IMG/VR virus record: IMGVR_UViG_2639762835_000002
Length of the DNA stretch: 64,000 nucleotides
Source of the DNA: a virus
Lineage: Duplodnaviria; Caudoviricetes
Strand: one strand, 5' to 3'
The translations under genes were made by a program, and so were the position numbers. Below, piece by piece: positions 8,224-17,855 of the stretch. Numbering within the stretch: the first letter of the stretch is position 1; each line of letters opens with the position of its first letter. The notes under the pieces are model-generated. The model saw only the letters and a list, made by a program, of their open reading frames with translations, was not told where the DNA came from and made no database searches.

Positions 8224-9993
8224 ATGACTACAGCACCGTTACTTTTCCCCCATATCGAACCCAGACGGCAGGCCATGCACCTGTTCTTCCAGGGCTACCC
8301 GCTCCGCGCCATTGCTGAATTGCTGCAAACGCCGGAGGGGACAGTCTCGACCTGGAAGAAGCGCGACGGCTGGGATGACATCAAACCCATTGACCGGGTC
8401 GACTTCGCCATCGAGGCGCGGATGTGCCAGCTGATCGCCAAGGAGGTGAAGAGCGGCGGCGACTTCAAGGAGATTGACCTGCTTGGCCGTCAGTTGGAGC
8501 GGATCGCCCGGGTCAACAAGTACAGCAACGGCGGTAATGAAACCGACCTGAATCCCAAGGTGGCGAACCGCAACAAGGGGCCGAAGAAGGCGCCCGAGCG
8601 CAATGTGGTCGAGCCCGATCAGCAGGAACGGTTAATCGAGCGGTTCGAGTCGACCATGTTTGGCTATCAACGCACCTGGTACGAAGCGGGCAAGCACCAC
8701 CGGATCCGCGACCTGCTCAAATCGCGCCAGATTGGGGCGACCTACTTCTTTGCCTTCGAGGCGTTCATCGACGCCCTGGTCACCGGGCGCAATCAGATTT
8801 TCATGTCAGCCAGCAAGGCGCAGGCCCATGTGTTCAAGCAGTACATCATCCAGTTTGCCAAGGATGAGGGGGTTGAGCTCAAGGGCGACCCCATGGTGCT
8901 GCCGAACGGGGCTCATATGTATTTCCTCGGCACCAACGCCCGCACCGCCCAGAGCTACCACGGCAATACCTACATGGACGAATATTTCTGGATCCATGGC
9001 TTTCTGGAGTTCCGCAAGGTCGCGTCTGGCATGGCGATGCATAAGAAGTGGCGTCAGACCTATATCTCCACGCCCTCCAGCCTCACCCATCCCGCCTATG
9101 CGTTCTGGTCCGGCGCCAACTTCAACCGGGGCAAGCCCAAGGCCGACCGGGTCGAGATAGACCTGAGCCACGCCAATCTGTCTGGCGGCAAGCTTTGCGC
9201 CGATGGCCAATGGCGGCAGATCGTCACTGTCGAGGATGCGGTGCTCGGCGGCTGCGACCTGTTCGACCTGGATCAGCTGCGCGGCGAGTACTCCGAGGAG
9301 GAATACCGCAACCTGCTGATGTGCGAGTTCATGGATGACACATCCAGCGTGTTCCCGCTCGCCACCCTGCAGCGCTGCATGGTCGACAGTTGGGAGTTGT
9401 GGGACGACTACAAGCCCTTTGCCCTGCGCCCGCTGGGTAACCGGTCTGTGTGGATCGGCTATGACCCGGCCAAGGGTGGGCAGGGCGATAGCGCAGGCTG
9501 CGCCGTGCTGGCCCCGCCTGCGGTGCCGGGCGGCAAGTTCCGGGTGCTGGAGCGCCACCGCTGGAGCGGGATGGACTTCGACGCTCAGGCGCGGGCCATC
9601 AAGGCCATGTGCGAGCGCTACAACGTGGGGTACATCGGCATCGACACCACCGGGATCGGGGAGGGTGTTTACCAGTTGGTGAAGCAGTTTTACCCGGCAG
9701 TGACAGCCATCCAGTACAGCCCGAGCGTGAAAATCCAGATGGTGATGAAGGCCCAGGATGTGATGAACAAGGGGCGGCTGGAATTTGACAGCGGGATGAC
9801 CGATCTGGCGGCCGCCTTTATGAGCATCCGCCGCGCCGTGACCGCGGGCGGCAAGATGCCCACCTTCGAGGCCAGCCGGTCAGAGGAGACCAGCCACGCC
9901 GACATTGCCTGGGCCACGATGCAGGCCCTGTTACATGAGCCGCTGGCAGGTGCCACCGGTGCCAATACCAGCATGATGGAGATTTTCGCATGA
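8224..9993 (+). CDS. P: Terminase large (ATPase) subunit
   Basis: LKSRQIGAT (Walker A), YMDEYFW (Walker B), GYDPA, HADIAWA. Confidence 0.97.
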   Translation: MTTAPLLFPHIEPRRQAMHLFFQGYPLRAIAELLQTPEGTVSTWKKRDGWDDIKPIDRVDFAIEARMCQLIAKEVKSGGDFKEIDLLGRQLERIARVNKYSNGGNETDLNPKVANRNKGPKKAPERNVVEPDQQERLIERFESTMFGYQRTWYEAGKHHRIRDLLKSRQIGATYFFAFEAFIDALVTGRNQIFMSASKAQAHVFKQYIIQFAKDEGVELKGDPMVLPNGAHMYFLGTNARTAQSYHGNTYMDEYFWIHGFLEFRKVASGMAMHKKWRQTYISTPSSLTHPAYAFWSGANFNRGKPKADRVEIDLSHANLSGGKLCADGQWRQIVTVEDAVLGGCDLFDLDQLRGEYSEEEYRNLLMCEFMDDTSSVFPLATLQRCMVDSWELWDDYKPFALRPLGNRSVWIGYDPAKGGQGDSAGCAVLAPPAVPGGKFRVLERHRWSGMDFDAQARAIKAMCERYNVGYIGIDTTGIGEGVYQLVKQFYPAVTAIQYSPSVKIQMVMKAQDVMNKGRLEFDSGMTDLAAAFMSIRRAVTAGGKMPTFEASRSEETSHADIAWATMQALLHEPLAGATGANTSMMEIFA

Positions 9994-11033
9994 GAAAGCG
10001 CCGCCCGCAGCGCCATACCTCGCCGATGACGGCGACCCAGAAACCCGGCGAGGCCATCGAGGCGTTCAGCTTTGGCGAGCCGGTGCCCGTCTTATCGCAA
10101 CGGGAAGTGTTCGACTACCTGGAGGCCATGCATAACGGCCGCTGGTACGAGCCGCCGCTCTCCCTCAATGGGCTGTCCCGGGTCTATCGGGCCGGGGTGC
10201 ATCATGCCTCGGCCATCCAGGTGAAGCGCAACATCCTGCGCTCCTGCTTCATCCCGCACCCGAAACTGAATCTGGCCGCCTTCACCGGCTTGGTGCTGGA
10301 CTACCTCATCTTCGGCAACGGCTACCTGCAGGGGGTGCAGAACCGGCTTGGCGGCGTGTTGCGCTATGACCACCTGCGTGCCAAGTACACCCGGCGCGCG
10401 CTGGATCTGAACCAGTATTGGTGGATTGCCCAACCCGGCCAGGAGCAGGCGCTGTCCGCAGGCCGGGTGGGCCATGTGATGGAGGCCGACATCAACCAGG
10501 AGATCTATGGCATCCCCGACTATGTGGGCGGGCTCAACTCCACCCTGCTCAACGAGTCGGCCACCCTGTTCCGCCGCCGCTACTACGAGAACGGCAGCCA
10601 CGCGGGCTTCATCATGCACATCACCGATGCGGTGCAGAACGAGGGGGACATCGCCAAGCTCAAAGAAGCCCTGCGCCAGAGCAAGGGTCCCGGCAACTTC
10701 CGCAACCTCTTGCTCTACACCCCGGGCGGCAGCAAGGACGGGGTCAAGCTGATCCCGGTGGCCGAGGTGGCCGCCAAGGATGACTTCCTCAGCATCAAGA
10801 ACGTGAGCCGGGATGACCAGCTCGCCAGCCACCGGGTACCGCCCCAGTTGATGGGAGTCATGCCCAACAGCACCGGCGGCTTTGGCGATGTGACCAAGGC
10901 CGCCCAGGTGTTCGACATCAACGAGATAGACAGCATCAAGGCCAGCCTGCTGGCGCTCAATGACTGGGCGGGGGAGGAGATCATCAGGTTCAATCCCTAC
11001 CGACTGTCAGATCTGACAGGGCAAGCGGCATAG
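9990..11033 (+). CDS. Q: Portal protein
   Basis: WYEPPLS, QEIYGIPDY, ESATLFRRRYYENGSHAGFI, HRVPPQLMG. Confidence 0.96.
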   Translation: MRKRRPQRHTSPMTATQKPGEAIEAFSFGEPVPVLSQREVFDYLEAMHNGRWYEPPLSLNGLSRVYRAGVHHASAIQVKRNILRSCFIPHPKLNLAAFTGLVLDYLIFGNGYLQGVQNRLGGVLRYDHLRAKYTRRALDLNQYWWIAQPGQEQALSAGRVGHVMEADINQEIYGIPDYVGGLNSTLLNESATLFRRRYYENGSHAGFIMHITDAVQNEGDIAKLKEALRQSKGPGNFRNLLLYTPGGSKDGVKLIPVAEVAAKDDFLSIKNVSRDDQLASHRVPPQLMGVMPNSTGGFGDVTKAAQVFDINEIDSIKASLLALNDWAGEEIIRFNPYRLSDLTGQAA

Positions 11034-11089
11034 GCGAGGCTAGAGTTACACCGAGCGCCTGGAGTTTGTGTGCGCCTTATGGCTTAAGA

Positions 11090-11120
11090 AAAGCCCCCTC
11101 ATTGAGGGGGCTTTGTTTTG
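11090..11120. terminator. Intrinsic terminator after the portal gene
   Basis: AAAGCCCCCTC-att-GAGGGGGCTTT hairpin followed by T-rich sequence. Confidence 0.8.
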
Positions 11121-11256
11121 TCTCTCATCTGACGGTCTGAGCACTTCGCTACTGCATCGCCCCGCTTACTGTGCCCGACATATCCCCTGATCCTCGAGCA
11201 TCGTCCCAGAGCGGCAGGCGCCGCCTGCCGACCCCTGCCAGCACCGCTGGCGCGCA

Positions 11257-11275
11257 ATCGGGACCCCGCCTCGCC
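11257..11275 (-). other. Putative P2-type cos site of prophage 1
   Basis: Minus strand GGCGAGGCGGGGTCCCGAT shares its first 12 nt with the P2 cos as recalled (GGCGAGGCGGGG...) and lies next to the portal gene. Confidence 0.75.
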
Positions 11276-11684
11276 TGCGCGCTTTATGTGTCGATTTCCA
11301 TGCGGGTGAACGATGGGGGGAGGGCAACGCCTCCCCGCGCCAGCGCTGGCCGCGCGGGGGATAACGAATCCTTTTTGCGATCCTTCACTTTCCGCCAGAT
11401 CCTTTCAGGCTCGAAGAGGTACGTCACCTAGTATAGGAGTAGAGACAACCATCATTTTGTGTGCGTTATTTGAACTATCCATCATAAACATAAAAGTCAG
11501 CACAATAGAACAGTTTTACTCACGAGAGTAATCTGCATTTTGATAACATGCTCGTATGTATCCTGATTGTCTGAAGGTAAAGTGGGTGTATCTGATTAAA
11601 GAGGCCGCAGAATGTGAGATTGCTGTTTTCTGAATGATGATTTTTTTGTAATGACGAAATATATGAAATAGGTTTATTCAATGA

Positions 11685-12779
11685 ATGAGGGTGATAAATA
11701 AAGTTATGAATGAGGAATTTATTAAAAGAGCTTCTTATATGTCAATTTGCTCTAAGGAACAAATTGACCGTATATGTTCTATAAGCTCTGCGGATGATTA
11801 TCTACTAAAGCTACGAGCTGATACTGTTCTTGATCACATGAGGATATTTCGAGTCGTTAGAAGTCACATGTTTAAGGCTGGTGACGAATGGGATTTTGAA
11901 AAGCATTTCTCCGATGAGCCGTTTAAAAATTATATAGTGGATTTACCTGATGATGACCTGACCATAGCTGAGTCGTTAACAGCAGGGCTTGTATTTTGTG
12001 ATCGTCCTAATGGTCGGATTATAAAAACTGAATTTGGTAATGTCATTACTGTTTCAGAATCATTGAGGTATTTCTTGTACTTCATGAACTTAGGTTTTCT
12101 TGATTTTGATGAAACGGAAGTGCCAATAGAAGTTAAACTTGCAGCCATTAAAATTGCTGTACGTACGATGCTACAATCTGAGGCTCTTGATTTTGATATA
12201 GATCCAAGAGGGGAGGTTCCTAGGGATGTTCATGAATTAGCAATGTATCATACCGATAGGCAGTTAGAATTTATTTGTGGACATGAGTATTCACATCATT
12301 TACTTGGTCACTTAGATGATAAAAAATTAATTGATGGTGCGTTTTTATCGGCGATTGATTCTGGTGTTGTGACACATAAATTTTTCTCATATGCACAACA
12401 AGAAGAATTGGATGCCGACTTAGATGCACTCTCTCGGCCAGTTTTAACTACTTCAGCGCGAACCGATTTGGTGAACCGAGCTTTATTTTTTTTCGTATAC
12501 TTAGATGTTTTTAATAATGCAAAAGAACAGATAGTTCCGTCAGTAGGCGTGAAAGAACACCCAGACCCTATGGATCGGTTTAACAACATTCACAATTATT
12601 ATAAGGATAAGCTAGAGCTTGATGAAGAAAATCTTGAAGTTCTATTGAAAACTGCACGAGCTATAAAGGAAACTATGTCAGAGGATATCGCATTACATTT
12701 TGAATCTTATGAGATTTATGGCTCGATATATTTAGCTGAGTGGAGAGGTCGGGTGCTTGTTGATAGGGTTGATTACTGA
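11685..12779 (+). CDS. AT-rich HEXXH metallopeptidase-like protein (Lit/U49- or M48-like)
   Basis: GHEYSHH, downstream EELDAD and HPDPMDRF motifs. Confidence 0.6.
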   Translation: MRVINKVMNEEFIKRASYMSICSKEQIDRICSISSADDYLLKLRADTVLDHMRIFRVVRSHMFKAGDEWDFEKHFSDEPFKNYIVDLPDDDLTIAESLTAGLVFCDRPNGRIIKTEFGNVITVSESLRYFLYFMNLGFLDFDETEVPIEVKLAAIKIAVRTMLQSEALDFDIDPRGEVPRDVHELAMYHTDRQLEFICGHEYSHHLLGHLDDKKLIDGAFLSAIDSGVVTHKFFSYAQQEELDADLDALSRPVLTTSARTDLVNRALFFFVYLDVFNNAKEQIVPSVGVKEHPDPMDRFNNIHNYYKDKLELDEENLEVLLKTARAIKETMSEDIALHFESYEIYGSIYLAEWRGRVLVDRVDY

Positions 12780-12968
12780 AAAACTGTTTAACTTATAACT
12801 CTCAGTATACAGTATTCATCTTAATATCTACTATGGTTGACTATTAATGGAGGGGAGATTATCCCCTTCATCTTTTATTAGCGTTACTACGAAATTATTG
12901 ATGTCATGCATGGCATGAAAAACTTGGCACTCATCACTTCTGTGAATCGTGGTAAAAACCCGGTCACA

Positions 12969-13601
12969 TTACCAACTTTTTGCTGCAGGCAGGCGGTGCA
13001 GGTGGGGGATCAGCCTGTTCCAGTCGCGGTCGCTGTGGGTGGCGCTCTGAATATGGCGGGTCTTGTCGGCCAGGATGCGCTGGGCGGCGGCCAGGGTCAT
13101 AGGGTATTCGTGGAGGATGGAGTAGTAGGTGCCGGCTTCGCGGTGCTCGGCCACCTCGAGCAGAGGATAGATGCGGCGGGCGGCGCCCATCATGTAATCG
13201 GCTGCGCGCCAGAGCCACGCCAGCGAATGCAGCTCGTCGTCGGTCAGTACAGTGAGGGGCTGCGGATGGGCGGCGGTCTCCCGGTCCAGCACATCGAGCA
13301 CCCAGCGGCGAAACTCTTTGGCCAATGCGGTGCGGGAGAACATGGCGATCAGATGGGCACCGCGCAAGGAGAAGATCCGAACCTCTTTCTCGCTGCTGCC
13401 ATTGCCGAACCCCTTGACCGTCAAATTGACGGTCAAGGTCATGCAAGGGGTAAATTCGTCCGCGTTGCGGGTGTAGATACGACTGACGGCATCTTCTCTG
13501 GCATAGCCAAGGGCTTGGGCGATCTGGGCTGCGGTCAGCCAGGGCTGGCCGTGATGGGGGATAACGGTGAACTGGGTGTCATGGAAGCGGATGCTGTTCA
13601 T
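12969..13601 (-). CDS. ant: Antirepressor, Bro-N domain + P22 Ant C-terminal-like domain
   Basis: WLTAAQIAQALGY, VRIFSLRGAHLIAMFSRT, AKEFRRWVLDVLD. Confidence 0.85.
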   Translation of the reverse strand: MNSIRFHDTQFTVIPHHGQPWLTAAQIAQALGYAREDAVSRIYTRNADEFTPCMTLTVNLTVKGFGNGSSEKEVRIFSLRGAHLIAMFSRTALAKEFRRWVLDVLDRETAAHPQPLTVLTDDELHSLAWLWRAADYMMGAARRIYPLLEVAEHREAGTYYSILHEYPMTLAAAQRILADKTRHIQSATHSDRDWNRLIPHLHRLPAAKSW

Positions 13602-13702
13602 GGCTTGGATTCCTTTGCTGTGAAGGTAATCGCCACCATCGACGCCAATCATCTGGTGACGAACTGAGCAAGGTTGGCGTACCGGCAGCAAAGACCCGGC
13701 GC

Positions 13703-14050
13703 CCCGAAGGGCCCCTGCCCAGCCCGCCATAACTGAGATTGCGGGTACAACTGGGCCGCACAAAAAAACACGCAGGCGCGTGTTGTGCGCTTCACTGAGC
13801 GGGACGCCAATCCCGGCAACGGATTTTGCCGTTGCCCGCGCAGTATCGCGCAACAGCGCGACACCAATCAACCCCAATAGTCCCCGATGCTCCCTTTTTG
13901 TCCCTTTCCGGCCCTCTGCGGCCTGCATCAGCGCTTATCAGGGAAAATCGGCACCACCACCCCGCCCAGCAGCACAACACCGCCGGCAGGGTACCGGTTC
14001 ATCACAAGGAAGGGGACGTTAGTTTCGGCAGGAAACATACACAGGGCGCC
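13703..14050. repeat. Dispersed repeat, copy 2 (ash/C4 region)
   Basis: Matches positions 1-280. Confidence 0.9.
13755..13850 (-). ncRNA. C4/P4-CI-like antisense RNA, copy 2 (boundaries approximate)
   Basis: Minus strand GCAAAATCCGTTGCCGGGATTGGCGTCCCG (13800-13829), then a hairpin and T run; a complementary target ACGCCAA lies downstream at 13674-13680, ahead of the antirepressor. Confidence 0.75.
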
Positions 14051-14071
14051 ATCGGCGCCCTTGGTCATTGG

Positions 14072-14740
14072 CTACTTGGCTCTATCGCGATCCTCAATAG
14101 CATCACGTGCACCTTGGGGCAACTTATCGAACATGGCCTCGATTTCATTTGGCCTAGTTATGAGTTCAGCAACTAAAAAGTTAATCATCTTGAACATCAT
14201 ATGTGCGATTTCTGGGGTGTCCTTTATGTTTAACTCCCCGGGATGGGCTGCGTTATTGCCAGCCACTCGACAGATATCCAATGCTCTCTGGACCTCGATA
14301 GAAACTCCTTTGGACACGAGGAACTTGATATCGTCATTGATGTTCTTACCGGAAGCTTTGAAATGGACCATCAGCTTCTGAAGGCACAACCGTAACAGGG
14401 CCGCAGCCCCCCGAGGCGAACGTCCTACGATATCCCTCGCTTCTTCATACTCGGCTTGGCAATCCTCAGGCAAGTCATGGTGCATCGGTTCAGCCAAGCT
14501 ACTATTCGGGTCAATCAAACGCTCTTGATACCAAAATGACTGCAATTGACAATGTGCACAGCTTGATGCCTCAAACTCGGAATGTTGGTAGTAGTTGCCT
14601 AAATCGAGCATTAACGTGGTCCAACTCTGAGAGGAATAAACCTGACATCGCGGGCAGTGATAATTTTTTCCATGGTATACCGGCGGGTAGTACTGAGATT
14701 TCATATGTCCATTCCATGTGTCGGATATGACAGTGTTCAT
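14072..14740 (-). CDS. DUF4145 (HEPN-superfamily) protein with an N-terminal Zn ribbon
   Basis: CPRC...CAHC; SPRGAAALLRLCLQ; RVAGNNAAHP. Confidence 0.85.
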   Translation of the reverse strand: MNTVISDTWNGHMKSQYYPPVYHGKNYHCPRCQVYSSQSWTTLMLDLGNYYQHSEFEASSCAHCQLQSFWYQERLIDPNSSLAEPMHHDLPEDCQAEYEEARDIVGRSPRGAAALLRLCLQKLMVHFKASGKNINDDIKFLVSKGVSIEVQRALDICRVAGNNAAHPGELNIKDTPEIAHMMFKMINFLVAELITRPNEIEAMFDKLPQGARDAIEDRDRAK

Positions 14741-14907
14741 CTAGGGCTTATCGCCTAGGTGTATCGTTTGGGAATTGATGGTCAGGGATAGTGGTAAGGT
14801 TGTCCACACGACACCCCATACATTTTGATCTCTCGCACGCCGAGATCGTTAAGTTAGCGTAGATGGAGCCAAACGCCGCACGGTGATCCAATTTTGGCGT
14901 CTTGCTA

Positions 14908-14927
14908 TACTGTTCATCCATACAGTA
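14908..14927. promoter_or_regulatory. LexA (SOS) box upstream of umuD
   Basis: TACTGTTCATCCATACAGTA fits CTGT-N8-ACAG. Confidence 0.9.
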
Positions 14928-14945
14928 TTTCTTGAGATTTCCAGC

Positions 14946-15368
14946 ATGTTTGCTCAACCCACCCTAGATGCCCCCTTGTTGGAGCTGCCCCTGTTCCTCT
15001 CCCCGGTGGCCTGCGGCTTTCCGTCGCCGGCGCAGGACTACACCGAGCAGACCATCGATCTCAACCAGTTGTGCGTTGCCCACCCGGCGGCCACCTACTT
15101 CGTGCGGGCGGCCGGTGACAGCATGGTCGACCACGGGATCCGCGATGGCGACTTGCTGGTCGTCGACCGCAGCCGCAAGGCGCGCCACGGCAGCGTGGTA
15201 GTCGCCGCGGTCGATGGCGAGTTCACGGTGAAGAAGCTGCAGCTTGAGCCCACAGTCGCCTTGCTCCCTGGCAACCTGGCCTATCGCCCCATCCATTTCA
15301 ACGATGGGCAGGAGCTGGAAATCTTCGGGGTGGTGGCCTTTGTCGTGCACCAGGTGGACAGCCCATGA
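14946..15368 (+). CDS. umuD: DNA polymerase V subunit UmuD
   Basis: [22 protein letters not shown]. Confidence 0.95.
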   Translation: MFAQPTLDAPLLELPLFLSPVACGFPSPAQDYTEQTIDLNQLCVAHPAATYFVRAAGDSMVDHGIRDGDLLVVDRSRKARHGSVVVAAVDGEFTVKKLQLEPTVALLPGNLAYRPIHFNDGQELEIFGVVAFVVHQVDSP

Positions 15369-16642
15369 ACAAGCGTTGCGCCGTCGCCCTGGTCGACGTG
15401 AACAACTTCTACGCCAGTTGCGAGCGGCTGTTTCGCCCCGACTTGAAGGGGCGGCCCATCGTCGTGCTCTCCAACAACGATGGCTGCGTGGTGGCCCGTT
15501 CGGCAGAGGCCAAGGCGCTCGGCATCAAGATGGGGGTGCCTTACTTCCAGATCCGCCAGTTCTTTGAAGCCATGGGGGGCATCTGGTTCTCAAGCAACTA
15601 TGCCCTCTATGGCGATATGTCGAGCCGGGTGATGACCATTCTGGAAGGGATGGCCCCGGCGGTGGAGGTCTACAGCATCGACGAGGCCTTTATCGAGCTA
15701 AGCGAGTCCTGGGCCGGCGACCTGGTGGCCTATGGCCGCCAAGTCCGCGAGCGGGTGCTGCAGTGGACCGGGCTGGTTGTTGGGGTCGGCATTGGCCCTA
15801 CCAAGACGCTCGCCAAGCTCGCCAACTATGCCGCCAAGAAGTGGCCGGCCACGGGCGGCGTGGTGGATCTGCGTGATGAAGGGCGGCGCGCCCGGCTGAT
15901 GGCGATCACCCCGGTGGACGAGATATGGGGCATTGGTCGGCGGCTCACCGCCAAGCTGGAGGCGCAGGGCATCAAGACCGTGGCCGACCTGGTCGCCGCC
16001 GATCCCAAGGCACTGCGGCGCCGCTATGGCGTAGTGGTCGAGCGCACGGTGCAGGAGCTGCGGGGGATCCCCTGTGCCGAGCTGGAACAGGAGGCCCAGG
16101 CCAAGCAGCAGATCATCTGCTCGCGCTCGTTTGGGGAGCGCATCACCCAGATAGGCCCCATGCACCAGGCGCTGGCCGGTTACATGGAGCGGGCCGCCGA
16201 GAAGTTGCGTGGGGAGGGGATGTGCTGCCGTCATGTGACCATCTTCATTCGCACCAGCCCGTTCAGCGACCGGGAGCCCTATTACGGCAACCAAGTGAGC
16301 ACCAAGCTGGACTTACCCACTCATGATACCCGGGCCCTGCTGGCCCTGATCCCGGAACTCCTCCCTCGTATCTGGCGCGACGAGCAGCGTTATCAGAAAG
16401 GGGGCGTGATGTTGGCCGACTTCACCCCCGCCGATATGCAGCAGGGAGATCTGTTCGCCGGTGAATCGCAGGCACCGCACAGCGAGGCGCTGATGCAGGT
16501 CATCGACAAGATCAACCAGAGGCGGCTGGGGAAGGTCTACTTCGCGGCCCGCGGCCGAAACACCAAGGAGTGGATGATGAAGCGGGAGCAGTTAAGCCCC
16601 CGCTATACCACCGCGCTCGGCGAGCTGCCGGTGGTGAAGTGA
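15365..16642 (+). CDS. umuC: DNA polymerase V subunit UmuC (Y family)
   Basis: [32 protein letters not shown]. Confidence 0.97.
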   Translation: MNKRCAVALVDVNNFYASCERLFRPDLKGRPIVVLSNNDGCVVARSAEAKALGIKMGVPYFQIRQFFEAMGGIWFSSNYALYGDMSSRVMTILEGMAPAVEVYSIDEAFIELSESWAGDLVAYGRQVRERVLQWTGLVVGVGIGPTKTLAKLANYAAKKWPATGGVVDLRDEGRRARLMAITPVDEIWGIGRRLTAKLEAQGIKTVADLVAADPKALRRRYGVVVERTVQELRGIPCAELEQEAQAKQQIICSRSFGERITQIGPMHQALAGYMERAAEKLRGEGMCCRHVTIFIRTSPFSDREPYYGNQVSTKLDLPTHDTRALLALIPELLPRIWRDEQRYQKGGVMLADFTPADMQQGDLFAGESQAPHSEALMQVIDKINQRRLGKVYFAARGRNTKEWMMKREQLSPRYTTALGELPVVK

Positions 16643-16656
16643 TGATTACGGAGGGG

Positions 16657-16995
16657 TCAGTACATCCGCTCGATCTGTTTGCCAAAGCTCACCATCATCC
16701 ACCCCATCACGAAAACGCTGGCCCATGTGACGAACCCAATGAACGATTCTGGGATCATGGCTTGGATGATGGGCCACTGGTCAAACAACCCGGGTGGAGC
16801 GGGGAGTGTCGCTTTGCCATTAGTAATCGTCTGCAACATGCTATTGGTGTGCTCGATATGACGTTCATAACGGAGTGCTCTGCCGCCAAGAGCCAGTGCA
16901 GCCAAAGAGAGCATCATCAGCAGGCCACCAAAGAATTTCATCACTCCAGGTTCCATGATCAGTGAAGCAAGAAGGTCTTGCAGGCGTTCCAGCAT
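16657..16995 (-). CDS. Hypothetical two-TM membrane protein
   Basis: ORF with an RBS and two hydrophobic segments. Confidence 0.55.
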   Translation of the reverse strand: MLERLQDLLASLIMEPGVMKFFGGLLMMLSLAALALGGRALRYERHIEHTNSMLQTITNGKATLPAPPGLFDQWPIIQAMIPESFIGFVTWASVFVMGWMMVSFGKQIERMY

Positions 16996-17004
16996 GAGGT
17001 CTCC

Positions 17005-17412
17005 CTACTTCAAGATGTAACGGCCCAACGTTGATGAGACAGTCTTCTCGTATGGCCCCACCGGGATAGAAGCCCACCATGTTTCAAATGACGGGGCACC
17101 GTTCAATGCATGAGGTGCTTGTTGACTGACCACATCGTAAATGTCTCTGAAAGTGCTTTTGCTCACAGTCGTTTGTATTGGGACAAGCCAAACGTCGTAG
17201 CTGTCAGGACGCTCTTTCGCGACCAAGTCCGGTGTGGTGAAAATGCTGCCGCACTGTTCTGCCGTTTCAACTTTGTAAAATGGGGACTTTCCGAAAGCGC
17301 TTAAACATACGCCAAAGTCTTGCTGGTCCAGGCGCTCTGGCAGAAGTGTGAAGAGCAAAAGACCGGCGAGCGGCAGGAAGTAACACGAATGATAGATAAG
17401 GCGAAGCATCAA
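17005..17412 (-). CDS. Hypothetical exported or membrane-anchored protein
   Basis: N-terminal hydrophobic segment; tandem with the next gene. Confidence 0.55.
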   Translation of the reverse strand: MMLRLIYHSCYFLPLAGLLLFTLLPERLDQQDFGVCLSAFGKSPFYKVETAEQCGSIFTTPDLVAKERPDSYDVWLVPIQTTVSKSTFRDIYDVVSQQAPHALNGAPSFETWWASIPVGPYEKTVSSTLGRYILK

Positions 17413-17516
17413 GAAACCTCATATCGGCAGACAAAGATACAAACATGATATTCGGCCATAGAACCCATGCTTTCGCTATCCCCTAAACGGTTATGTGGCC
17501 GAGCCCGGTAGTAATT

Positions 17517-17855
17517 TCACCACCACTTATCTTCGTCCACTTTTTGCCAGATGGCGCGTTTGAACTCTGTATCGCTCAGATTACCTTGGCGAATCGGGGG
17601 GTCATCAATCCAGCGAGTCAAAGCACTGAACTCATCATGGGCAACCGCTGGGGAGTGATGGGTATCCGGTGAGGTCTGGTGATGTCGTCTTTGGAGTAGG
17701 CCAGACGCATAGCTACGCTCACCAGGTGTGAGCATGTTAAGCCAGTCATCAATTTCATGTTGAGGCCATTGCCGCTCGAGGATGATCCTGCAGCGGTTCT
17801 CGATGGCTTCGCTGCCGTGCACCTGGGGCGTGTAGGTAGTTTGCTTATTGCTCAT
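17517..17855 (-). CDS. Conserved hypothetical protein downstream of gpA
   Basis: Similar to 53403-53621 in prophage 2. Confidence 0.65.
   Translation of the reverse strand: MSNKQTTYTPQVHGSEAIENRCRIILERQWPQHEIDDWLNMLTPGERSYASGLLQRRHHQTSPDTHHSPAVAHDEFSALTRWIDDPPIRQGNLSDTEFKRAIWQKVDEDKWW

Noticed and set aside
12780-12890. attC site after the HEXXH gene
   Set aside because: TAAC and GTTA words are present, but no convincing L boxes or complementary cassette ends were found
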